DNA of 64,000 nt from a virus. Lineage: Duplodnaviria > Caudoviricetes. Shown piece by piece: positions 44,203 through 52,169 of the stretch. The stretch spans positions 3,832-67,831 of IMG/VR virus record IMGVR_UViG_3300048896_000095. One strand, given 5' to 3'. A program made the translations under genes and the position numbers. The notes under the pieces are model-generated. The model ran no database searches. It worked only from the letters and a program-made list of their open reading frames with translations, and had not been told where the DNA came from. Numbering within the stretch: position 1 is the first letter of the stretch; each line of letters begins with the position of its first letter.

Positions 44203-44729
44203 ACGCGCTCCGCCCGAGCAGGCTTGCCGCTCTTGCTGCGGTCCTTATCCTGCGCCGAAAGCTTCAAAACCCACATGAAGTTTTCCGCGTCGTGGTCAGG
44301 CATGCCGCGCAGCACGAAGCGCCGCCGGACGCTGGGCGCTCCGTCGCGATTGTCGCGGACCACCTCGTAAAAAGCTTCGTGAGCTTCAGTCAGGGGTTTC
44401 ACGTGAAACGAGCTTAGAAGCTCGGCCTCCGTGTACCGCGGCGAGATCTCCGAAACTTCGAGATAGCCGCGATCGGTTTTGCCGCCCGGCCTGTTCTCGA
44501 AGCGGATCCCACGAAGTCGCACCATCGGCGTGGGTAGGAGCTCCACCTCGGTTTCCACCACCGGATCGCCCCGGCCTACCTCGCCACCGCTCCACCGCAC
44601 GACCACCGCAAAAACCCGGTAGGGCCGCATACCGACGTTCGTCTGCAGCTGCCGCAGGCCGTCCACCACACCGCCGAAACCAGCGATCAGGGAATGCGCG
44701 GGGTCCGGGTTGGGGCGGAGCCGGCTCAT
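44190..44729 (-). CDS. Head closure (stopper) protein
   Basis: ATG 44729 in ATGA overlap; beta-rich; position after the adaptor. Confidence 0.6.
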   Translation of the reverse strand: MSRLRPNPDPAHSLIAGFGGVVDGLRQLQTNVGMRPYRVFAVVVRWSGGEVGRGDPVVETEVELLPTPMVRLRGIRFENRPGGKTDRGYLEVSEISPRYTEAELLSSFHVKPLTEAHEAFYEVVRDNRDGAPSVRRRFVLRGMPDHDAENFMWVLKLSAQDKDRSKSGKPARAERVWRK

Positions 44730-45145
44730 GAAATCACCGTCGCGTTTCGCCCTCCAGCACCGCCCAAGATCTCCATTGCGGAGAACGGGTTCGGGCCGAC
44801 ACCCAGATCGTTGGCGAGCACAAGCGCCCACCACACGAGCTCACGCCGGAGCATCGGCAGCTCCTTCATGTTGACCTTCAGGTTGCCGAGCTGCTCAGCC
44901 GGCAAGCGCGTGCGCGCGGTGCCTAACTGCGTCTCGATGCTCTCCAGCTCGCAAAGGTCTTTGCGCACTGACTCGAGCGCGGCGTTCGTGATGCGATCGA
45001 AAGCGCCCTCCAGCAGGTACATGGGCTGCGAGCTCGCAGGAAAGCCAAGCTGGATGCTGTACGCCAGCGACTGCCAATCCGGATACTCGAGGAAGTGTTT
45101 GATCCTCGAGCGCTCGGATTCATTCAGCGGCGAGATCTGGGCCAC
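44726..45145 (-). CDS. Head-tail adaptor
   Basis: Helical 139 aa (RIKHFLEYP...) in the neck position. Confidence 0.6.
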   Translation of the reverse strand: MAQISPLNESERSRIKHFLEYPDWQSLAYSIQLGFPASSQPMYLLEGAFDRITNAALESVRKDLCELESIETQLGTARTRLPAEQLGNLKVNMKELPMLRRELVWWALVLANDLGVGPNPFSAMEILGGAGGRNATVIS

Positions 45146-45991
45146 TTACTTCGCGGTGCTCGTCTTGTTGCCGAGTTGATCTTCGCCGAGCTCGATCCCC
45201 ACGACTGGCTCCCACGTGAAGCCCTGCTCTTGAACATGGACCATGTCGTGCGCGAGCGGTGAAACGATGCTGCCCACCGGCAGCGTGGTCACGTACGCCG
45301 TGGGCGTGACGTACCGCATATCTTTTGGTCCGCCCGTGATCCTGAACTGGCGGGTTGGGCTCTTCACGAGCGCCTTGGCTGCAGCCGTCTTCTTGACGTT
45401 CGCACGCCGTGCGACCTCGGCTTCGAGCGCCACACGCACGAAGTCCGGCAGCGGCTGCTCACCGTCGGCCACGGGCTTCAGCGCTTCGGCCAACTGCGCA
45501 TCCGTCGAGCGTACGATCTCCAGCTTGTCCTCTTCCGTGAGCAAGCCAGCAGCGTGCGCCGCTTCATCATCCGCGCGCTTCTTCTCGCTTCGCGCTTGCG
45601 CGTCCTGCGCCTGGCGATCGAGCTCCGCCGCTTCCTCTTGGCGCAGCTTCGTTTCACGATCCTGCGCATCCTTCAGAAGCTGCGCCTCCAGCGCTGCCTT
45701 CTCTTGCGCCGGGTCCGGATCGGCCGGAGGGGTCTCGCTCGGCTTCGGATTCTCGGGGTTCGTCTTGGGCTCGGCGTCAGCATCGCCTTCGCCGTCGCCC
45801 TCTTCTTCCGAATCGCCGTCAGCTTCGCTGTCGCTCTCCGGCTTCGTGAGCTCTTCCTCCAGCGCCTTCAGCAGGTCCGCTTTCTTCATGTCGTACCGCC
45901 CCGGGATCTCTCGCTCTTGGGCAAGCGCGAACAGCTCGTCGCGGTTCATCTCTTCGAGCGGCTTGGTGATGGGAGCGAAAGCTTTGGCCAT
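45146..45991 (-). CDS. Rho-N/HeH domain acidic head-associated protein
   Basis: LEEMNRDELFALAQEREIPGRYDMKKADLLKAL; ATG 45991 lies after the terminator and GAGGA SD. Confidence 0.7.
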   Translation of the reverse strand: MAKAFAPITKPLEEMNRDELFALAQEREIPGRYDMKKADLLKALEEELTKPESDSEADGDSEEEGDGEGDADAEPKTNPENPKPSETPPADPDPAQEKAALEAQLLKDAQDRETKLRQEEAAELDRQAQDAQARSEKKRADDEAAHAAGLLTEEDKLEIVRSTDAQLAEALKPVADGEQPLPDFVRVALEAEVARRANVKKTAAAKALVKSPTRQFRITGGPKDMRYVTPTAYVTTLPVGSIVSPLAHDMVHVQEQGFTWEPVVGIELGEDQLGNKTSTAK

Positions 45992-46023
45992 GGGGGGGGT
46001 TCCTCTGCTCAAGAGCCTATCAT

Positions 46024-46060
46024 GAAGAAAGCCCCGATCAGCGCCAGGCCGATCGGGGCT
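46024..46060 (-). terminator. Intrinsic terminator after the major capsid gene
   Basis: Perfect 10-bp stem AGCCCCGATC/GATCGGGGCT followed by TTCTT; a second 7-bp hairpin at 46066-46085. Confidence 0.75.
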
Positions 46061-46103
46061 CACTTGGCAGGGCGCCACCCCTGCCCCATTTGGCTTGTGA
46101 GAC

Positions 46104-47492
46104 CTACGCGCCTTCGATGATCACGCCGCGCTTGTACCGCGCCGAGTCGCCCGCGAGCGAATCGGACGGTGCAGCGAAGTCGCCGGACCAGCTCCAGGTC
46201 TGATCGACCACCTGCTGCAGCTTGTCCTGCGGCGCGCGCAGGATGTAGCGAATACGCTGCGCCATCACGGCCACGCCGCCGTTGATGATGCTGAATTCGC
46301 CGATCCGGCCGTTGACGCCTGCCTCGGTGATGAACTTGGATTCATCCAAGTATTTCTCCACGAGGATGCCGCCACCGGTCACCAGCGTGCGCCGAATCGC
46401 CACGCCGTTCGCGTTCACCAGCTCCGCGCCGAGCTCGGGCGCCATGATCGCGCCGCCGGCGCCGCCAGCCACCGCAGTGGTCCGCGTCACCGTATCGGTC
46501 GCCGGCAGCTGCGTGTTCCGGAGGAACAAGCAACCCACCGCCGTGCCGATCACGAAGTTGCGGTACTGCTCGCTGCTCAGACCACCATCCTGAAACAGTC
46601 GCTGCCAGTGATTGTCCTGAAAAATCTGAGCCTCGGCCGTCGGATCCAAATGCACATGGTAGTAACCATCGGGGTGGGGCGGCACGTTCGCCGAGCGCAG
46701 GCGCGCGACGGCTTGGATCACGTCGTTCAACGTCAGGATGTTGGCCGACGAAATGGTGTCGACCGTCGCGCCGCCGCCGATGCGCAAACGCCGTGAGCGG
46801 TTCGCTGCGAGCACCGCGGTACGCGCCGCCGGGGTACCGGTCAGGCCCGCGCCGAGCAAGAGCACGCCAGGCCCAAGGGGCCGAGCGGAATCCGCCGGGA
46901 CGAAGCCCACCACGGTATTGGCCGGCTCGGTGCCGCCACTGAACGTGATGGCCAACGGGTTACCTGCCGAGACCGGCGACAGCCGACCGTTCTGCAGATT
47001 CTGCGTGAAACCGTTTAGCGTCGAGACCTGGATCTGCGTCGCCGCTGCAACGCCGGCCGCCGTGAGCATTGCCTCGCCCGCGGTGTACGGAACGAACATG
47101 GCGTTTCGCGCCAGCCGATCCATGGTCTGCGCGCCATGCAACCCGAGCGACTGCGTGTTGCGCAGGAACAGGGACGCGATGGCCACGTAGCTCGCCGGCA
47201 TGTTCGTGGGGATCGTCTTGCCGTATTGACGGGCTTCCGCTTCCCACTGCTCGGTATCGTACGTCGCCGTCGTCGGGTCTTGGCCCGGCACCAGCGGATC
47301 GGTGTCCGGCGTAACTAGGCCGGCACGGGTGAACACGGCACGTTCGCCGATGTTGGCGAGCCAGGTTTCGGGGCTGGCTTCACCACGGAAAACGAGACGG
47401 GGGTACAGCGAATCGTGAAGCACGCGCTCCAGCGTGCGGTCTTGCACGAGGTTTGCGATCTGGCTCGGTACGCCTGCGATGATTAGGGACAC
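46104..47492 (-). CDS. Major capsid protein
   Basis: 462 aa after the scaffold gene, with its own promoter and terminator; EARQYGKTI, NVPPHPDGYYHVHLDP, ARYKRGVIIE. Confidence 0.85.
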   Translation of the reverse strand: MSLIIAGVPSQIANLVQDRTLERVLHDSLYPRLVFRGEASPETWLANIGERAVFTRAGLVTPDTDPLVPGQDPTTATYDTEQWEAEARQYGKTIPTNMPASYVAIASLFLRNTQSLGLHGAQTMDRLARNAMFVPYTAGEAMLTAAGVAAATQIQVSTLNGFTQNLQNGRLSPVSAGNPLAITFSGGTEPANTVVGFVPADSARPLGPGVLLLGAGLTGTPAARTAVLAANRSRRLRIGGGATVDTISSANILTLNDVIQAVARLRSANVPPHPDGYYHVHLDPTAEAQIFQDNHWQRLFQDGGLSSEQYRNFVIGTAVGCLFLRNTQLPATDTVTRTTAVAGGAGGAIMAPELGAELVNANGVAIRRTLVTGGGILVEKYLDESKFITEAGVNGRIGEFSIINGGVAVMAQRIRYILRAPQDKLQQVVDQTWSWSGDFAAPSDSLAGDSARYKRGVIIEGA

Positions 47493-47598
47493 GTTGGCTC
47501 CGCTCTCTTAGAGGGTTGGAACCGTTGACGTTGCCTGCGTGTCCCACCTGTTGCCGCCGGTGTCGCGTAGTGAGGCTAGGTCTCGGCTTGTTGTCAGC

Positions 47599-47626
47599 AG
47601 GGTATCAAGGCGGCCGGGGCCGTCAA
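47599..47626 (-). promoter_or_regulatory. Sigma70-like promoter for the capsid gene
   Basis: TTGACG-N16-TACCCT with an extended TG-n before the -10 hexamer. Confidence 0.55.
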
Positions 47627-48372
47627 GCCCCGTGCTTCGAAGCAAGGTGAGCCGCGAACGCCGCGGGGCTCATCTTCATCACGTCGACCACCTCGGGAGC
47701 TCCGCCACCAGGCGGCGGCGGCGGCGGCGGGTTGCCACCGGGAGGCGTGCCCGGCGCCGTGTTGCCGCCGACCGGCACAACCTCAGGCGCCGGCACTGCC
47801 AAGCCAAGGGCCGCCTTCTTGCTGTCGTCCTTCGCCATTTCGGTGAAATGCGCTTCGAGCTCGGCGCCTGACTTGCCCGACTTGCCGGCCTCGAAAAGGG
47901 CGTAATCCAGGTTCTTGAACCCGAACCGCGCACACATACCGGTCACCTCGGCTTGGCGAGTCGCCGCGTTTGCTCGCTCGTCGGCAGCTTTCGCGCGCGC
48001 TTCGGCTTCGGCCTTCTCGGCTTCGAGCTGCTGCTCTTTCGTCTGCTGCGCCTTGATCCGAGCGGCTTCGGCTTCTTCGAGCTCCTTCGCTCGCTTCAGC
48101 CGTTCGTCCAGCTCCTTCTCGTTCAGGCCATATTTTTCTTTGAGCAGCGAGCGAGCTTCACGATCCAGGCGCGCTTGGAAAGATGCCTGGTCCGGAAAGA
48201 CAGCGAACGGCGATCCACCAGCCGGCGGGGTAGGCGGTGCGGGCGGCGGCGGAACAGGCGGTGCAGGTGGCGAACCAGGCGGCGGGGTGGGGGGATCAGG
48301 CGACCAGCAAAGGGTCGATGCTGCAAGCAAACCAAAACCACGGCCCATGCTCCACGCGCTCCGAATCGTCAT
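47623..48372 (-). CDS. Capsid scaffolding protein
   Basis: ATG 48372; Pro-rich ends, central EK/EA coiled coil, directly before the MCP. Confidence 0.8.
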   Translation of the reverse strand: MTIRSAWSMGRGFGLLAASTLCWSPDPPTPPPGSPPAPPVPPPPAPPTPPAGGSPFAVFPDQASFQARLDREARSLLKEKYGLNEKELDERLKRAKELEEAEAARIKAQQTKEQQLEAEKAEAEARAKAADERANAATRQAEVTGMCARFGFKNLDYALFEAGKSGKSGAELEAHFTEMAKDDSKKAALGLAVPAPEVVPVGGNTAPGTPPGGNPPPPPPPGGGAPEVVDVMKMSPAAFAAHLASKHGA

Positions 48373-48430
48373 GCTCTTCCGCTCCTGCTCTGTTCCGGCC
48401 CCCGGAAACCGTCCGGGTCGCGTTGCGTCC

Positions 48431-48479
48431 CCAAATAGCAAAGGGCGCACCGAGAAGCCTAACCGCTCGGTGCGCCCTT
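48431..48479 (-). terminator. Intrinsic terminator
   Basis: Perfect 14-bp stem AAGGGCGCACCGAG/CTCGGTGCGCCCTT (48441-48479) followed by TGCTATTT. Confidence 0.75.
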
Positions 48480-48509
48480 GAACAGAGCTTTCGAAAAGCT
48501 CGCGATCTC

Positions 48510-49154
48510 TCAGTACGGAACGGACGAGTCCAGGTTCACGCCGAGCGCCGCCGGCTCGACACCGAACCCGGGCGTGGCGATGTACTTGACCTTCGCGGTC
48601 AACACCGCATCCGTGCCGTTGTTGAACAGCACGCCCGTTCCCAGCTTGTTCAAAGCTGCGTGACCCGTCGCCGGCGCCGCCGTCGCGCGATCGTCCACCA
48701 CCTTCACGCCCACGACCGTGCCCGTGATCGCTTCGGCTGCGAGCACGCAAAGCATCTTGCGGCTGCCGCTCGGGGTGAAAAGACTGGCGACGCACGCCAG
48801 CGTTTCCTCCACCACGTTGCCTTCGAAAGGCACGTACGTGATCTCTGCTTCGGTCACCGCATCGGTGGACAGAAACACGATGTCGCCTTGTGCGTTCGTG
48901 CTGACCTGCGTGGTCGCCGGCGTCGAATCGTAAACGGGCGTGAACTGACCCGAGACGGTACCCGCCGTCACGTAGCAATTCAGGATCACGTTCGCCTTCG
49001 CGTCGTCGGGCAGAACGATCTTGTTGCTCGTCACCGTGAACCGGCGCGTGCGAGGGATCAGCGCCAGCAGGGATCCGAGGCGTGCGTCACGCAAAGCGCC
49101 GTCGGTACGGTTGGGGTTTGCTTCGTCGACAACAACACGCAGTTTTCGTGACAT
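48510..49154 (-). CDS. Putative capsid decoration protein
   Basis: 214 aa, Thr/Val-rich beta composition with two similar halves, in the head module. Confidence 0.55.
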   Translation of the reverse strand: MSRKLRVVVDEANPNRTDGALRDARLGSLLALIPRTRRFTVTSNKIVLPDDAKANVILNCYVTAGTVSGQFTPVYDSTPATTQVSTNAQGDIVFLSTDAVTEAEITYVPFEGNVVEETLACVASLFTPSGSRKMLCVLAAEAITGTVVGVKVVDDRATAAPATGHAALNKLGTGVLFNNGTDAVLTAKVKYIATPGFGVEPAALGVNLDSSVPY

Positions 49155-49175
49155 GACTTTCGTTTCCCTTGTTGG

Positions 49176-49874
49176 TTACGGCGTGCCTGCCGCGAGGATT
49201 TCGATCTTGGCGCTGCCGCTCACTTGAATGCGGCTCGGGCCGGTCTGGCCGAACTGTACGAGGAAGGCCCCCCACACGTCCAGATCTGCGCCGGAGCCAG
49301 CCACGTCTACCGGATCGGGGAACCCGACAGCAGCCAGCGCGGCCGCCACCAGGCTGCCCTGCGTGCCCGTCGCCAGGCCAGTCAGCACGAGCTGCCCGTT
49401 CGAATCGACCGAAGCCGGCAGGAACGAAAGCCCGACCGTGATCGCGCGCGCGTTCACCTGCGCAGCCACCTGCGCCGCCGTGAGCGAGACGCCGGCGAAC
49501 GTCACCGTGAAGGCCGTGCCGTCGATCACCAGATCCCACGTCACGGTGTTCAGCGTGGTGGCGGGGTACGTGATGCCGCTGCCAGCAGCGCGCGCCGGAG
49601 CCGCACCGATGCGCAGCTTGATCGCCGCCGAGCTCTTCAGGCTGAGCAGCTTGTACATGCTCAGCGTGATCGGCAGCTCCGCCCAGTTCTGACCGAGCGC
49701 GCCGAGCGTCGCGATCTGCACTGCGCAATCGGTTGACTTGATCGCTTCGAAGCTCGAAGAGCTGCACTCGAGCGAGAGACCGCGCACGGTGTTCGAGACG
49801 CCGCTGCTGTCACTGCAGCCGCAGCCGTCGCCACCAACCGAAATGTGGCCGTCGAGAACCAACTGGCAGTTCAT
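49176..49874 (-). CDS. Putative structural protein sharing a domain with the sheath insertion
   Basis: WDLVIDGTAFTVTFAGVSLTAAQVAAQVN resembles sheath FGIKIDGGPQINVTFGAADITAAAQIARIN. Confidence 0.55.
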   Translation of the reverse strand: MNCQLVLDGHISVGGDGCGCSDSSGVSNTVRGLSLECSSSSFEAIKSTDCAVQIATLGALGQNWAELPITLSMYKLLSLKSSAAIKLRIGAAPARAAGSGITYPATTLNTVTWDLVIDGTAFTVTFAGVSLTAAQVAAQVNARAITVGLSFLPASVDSNGQLVLTGLATGTQGSLVAAALAAVGFPDPVDVAGSGADLDVWGAFLVQFGQTGPSRIQVSGSAKIEILAAGTP

Positions 49875-49878
49875 GCGC

Positions 49879-50097
49879 TTAGCGTCGGATACCGGTCGGA
49901 GGCGCCGTGGGGTTCTTGTCCTCTTGCGGCGTGCGCGAGGGATCGGGACTAAAGCCGTTCGTGGTCATGGGTTGACCACCAGGAACGGCAACGGAGGGAA
50001 GCTCGCCCTCCGTGAACCAGGGACCAGCGGGCGCGCCGCCCTGCGTGAAGTCGGGGTTCTGTTCGACCATGGGCGGGATGCCGTCGGGTTGGGCCAT
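49879..50097 (-). CDS. Small Pro-rich hypothetical protein
   Basis: 72-aa ORF close-packed with the downstream gene. Confidence 0.55.
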   Translation of the reverse strand: MAQPDGIPPMVEQNPDFTQGGAPAGPWFTEGELPSVAVPGGQPMTTNGFSPDPSRTPQEDKNPTAPPTGIRR

Positions 50098-50320
50098 GCT
50101 CGAAGCGTCGCACGCCCGTTTAGGTCTGTCTACGCCCGAGAATTCTTGCCCGGAAATTGTGAGCTATCAGGCGCGACAACCTGCAAGCGCTGAAGATGGG
50201 GCCGCGAGCTCTACCACCCCCGTGTGCTCTCTTGCCGTGGTTGCCGGCCTGATTCGCTCGAAGAGGTTACCAGCGGCGAGCAGCGCTCCCAGTTTACGCC
50301 AGCTCAGCCGCCAGTTTTGA

Positions 50321-50710
50321 TCAGCGCGTGAAGCGGACCGGGATCCGGTTGCCGTTCTCGGTCGCCTGCGCGCCCCCGTCGTCGGGCGCGTCGGAGAGAC
50401 CGCCGTGCAGAGCTCGCAGCTGATCCGCGCGCTCCAGCTGCCGAGCTTCTTCGCCAGGCGGCAGCGCTGCGTCGATGCGTTCCCAAGGCGATTGCGACAG
50501 GTAGCCGCCTTCGCCCATGCGCGCCAAACGCTCCAGCCGATCGCGCTCCGCCACGTACGCCTGCTCACCCACCAGCTTCGGATCCGGCGGGGTGTCGAAC
50601 AGCAGCGGCGTGGGCTCCTGATCAGCGAGCGCCGCCTTCCCGATCTTGGCGTAGTCGGCATCAAACACGAAAGGGCGGTACAGCGCGGATTCGGGATCGG
50701 GCTTGGCCAT
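50321..50710 (-). CDS. Hypothetical protein
   Basis: 129-aa ORF on the operon strand. Confidence 0.6.
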   Translation of the reverse strand: MAKPDPESALYRPFVFDADYAKIGKAALADQEPTPLLFDTPPDPKLVGEQAYVAERDRLERLARMGEGGYLSQSPWERIDAALPPGEEARQLERADQLRALHGGLSDAPDDGGAQATENGNRIPVRFTR

Positions 50711-50743
50711 GGACGAAAGGCTACGCCGGATCGGCAGGTTCGG

Positions 50744-50899
50744 CTAGCGGCTCTGCGCCAACCGTTTCTTCAGCATGATTCGCATCGGTTCCAACGAAGC
50801 GTGAAAAACTCGATACTCGCTCTCACGTTTCTTTTTGCGTAAAAGCAACCGGCGGCCTCGCATTGATCGTCGCCACCGCCCGCCTTCAAGTGCGTTCAT
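50744..50899 (-). CDS. 51-aa highly basic peptide
   Basis: ATG 50899 in ATGA overlap with the lipoprotein stop (MNALEGGRWRRSMRGRRLLLRKKKRE...). Confidence 0.45.
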   Translation of the reverse strand: MNALEGGRWRRSMRGRRLLLRKKKRESEYRVFHASLEPMRIMLKKRLAQSR

Positions 50900-51645
50900 G
50901 GGCAGCACCACCAGCTCGGATCCTGGTCGTACGGCTTTCGACACTCCGGCTCCGGAGCTCCGCCGCAGGGCTTCCACAGGTGCGGCCGCGCCGCAGGGCA
51001 GACGCCGCCGGCGTTCGGGGCTTCAGCGCAGGTGGAGCACTTACCTACGCCCACCACGCCGCAGTCCTGCCCATCGGGGCAGCTGCCGCATTCGAGCTCG
51101 TGAGCGGGGTGCGAGCCGCACTCGAGCGCCAAAGCGTGGCACGTCGTGGCACAGACCCCTGCGTCGGTGCATTCGGTCAGGCCGGGGCAGGTGCCGCAGC
51201 CGTACTCAGCGCCGCAGCCGTCGGCAGCCTTCCCGCAGGCCCGAGCCCCGCAGGCCGCCGCAAAGCTCTTGGGCACGCAAACCGGCGCGCTGCCCGCGGC
51301 GCCGGCGGCAGCCCCGCCGCTCCCGCCGTGGCCAGCGCTCGGGGCGCCTGCCGTTTCCGGAGCTCCGCCGCTAGGTGAACCAGCCTCGGTGTCTCCGGCG
51401 CCGCCTTGGGGTAGCGCGCCAGCTGTCCCCGCTGACGGATTTTGGGTTCCACCCGACCCGATAGAATTGCCGCCGCCCCCAGCGACCTGGGCCGAGCAAG
51501 AGACAGCCGAGGCACCAGAAACGATAGGTATCGGTTCGGCGCTCGGTGCGCCACCAGCGCCGACAGCTTCGGTCAGCCCGTTGGCGCCGCTGCACCCGAG
51601 CACGAGCAAAAGGCCCAACAACCTCGGGAAACAAAACGCGTTCAT
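50896..51645 (-). CDS. Cys-rich lipoprotein, myxobacterial type
   Basis: Signal peptide with lipobox VLG-C, Gly/Ala/Ser linker, CG..DGCG...CGTC repeats. Confidence 0.8.
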   Translation of the reverse strand: MNAFCFPRLLGLLLVLGCSGANGLTEAVGAGGAPSAEPIPIVSGASAVSCSAQVAGGGGNSIGSGGTQNPSAGTAGALPQGGAGDTEAGSPSGGAPETAGAPSAGHGGSGGAAAGAAGSAPVCVPKSFAAACGARACGKAADGCGAEYGCGTCPGLTECTDAGVCATTCHALALECGSHPAHELECGSCPDGQDCGVVGVGKCSTCAEAPNAGGVCPAARPHLWKPCGGAPEPECRKPYDQDPSWWCCP

Positions 51646-52169
51646 GCTGCCTCACGGTCCACCACGATAGTTTCCCCGTGGCCAAGATGGCCCCGTACCA
51701 ACTCGAGTTTGAGCAGGTGCGGCAGCACATCCTTTTGGTCTGCGGCGCCGTTGCCGCAGCCAACGTACCCAAGCGCGATCTTGCCTTGGTGCTGCGCCAA
51801 CATGCCGAGCTGTTCCTTGATCAGCACCACGCTCGCGCGCTGGTTCCAGCTGTACGCCGGATCGCTGACGAGCAGCGGCTTCACCGCCACGAAGATCAGC
51901 CCGAGCCGGTCATGCTCCACCGGGCGCTGCACCATGCCAGCCTGATGGACGGCGCGGTAGTGCGAGCCGAGCCACTGCGGCAACCATGGCCAACGCTGCG
52001 CGGCTTGCGCCGCAATACCCGCGCCCATGTTGTTGACGTGGACGCCTTCCTCGTACGTTTTGCCAAGTGACCACGCCGGGCGCCGCTCGGTCCACCCGAT
52101 GTTGGTGCTGATCACGATCTTCCAGCCCTTGGCGTGGAAGTCCCACAAGTCGCCTTTTAGAATCTGCAT
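51642..52169 (-). CDS. Macrodomain protein, DarG/TARG1-like ADP-ribosylhydrolase
   Basis: MQILKGDL, N..MGAGIA, FVAVK (equivalent of FPTK with the catalytic Lys), SW..AS, IALGYVGCGNG. Confidence 0.8.
   Translation of the reverse strand: MQILKGDLWDFHAKGWKIVISTNIGWTERRPAWSLGKTYEEGVHVNNMGAGIAAQAAQRWPWLPQWLGSHYRAVHQAGMVQRPVEHDRLGLIFVAVKPLLVSDPAYSWNQRASVVLIKEQLGMLAQHQGKIALGYVGCGNGAADQKDVLPHLLKLELVRGHLGHGETIVVDREAA

Noticed and set aside
45992-45999. G8 homopolymers (45992-45999 between SD and ATG; 10060-10067 in a Pro codon run) as phase-variation sites
   Set aside because: Eight-base runs are short and plausible by chance at this GC; there is no evidence of length variation from a single sequence.
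50167-50320. Protein-like stretch SWRKLGALLAAGNLFERIRP... on the - strand
   Set aside because: No ATG, GTG or TTG start or SD was found after the upstream stop at 50321; it could be a real small gene but is unsupported.
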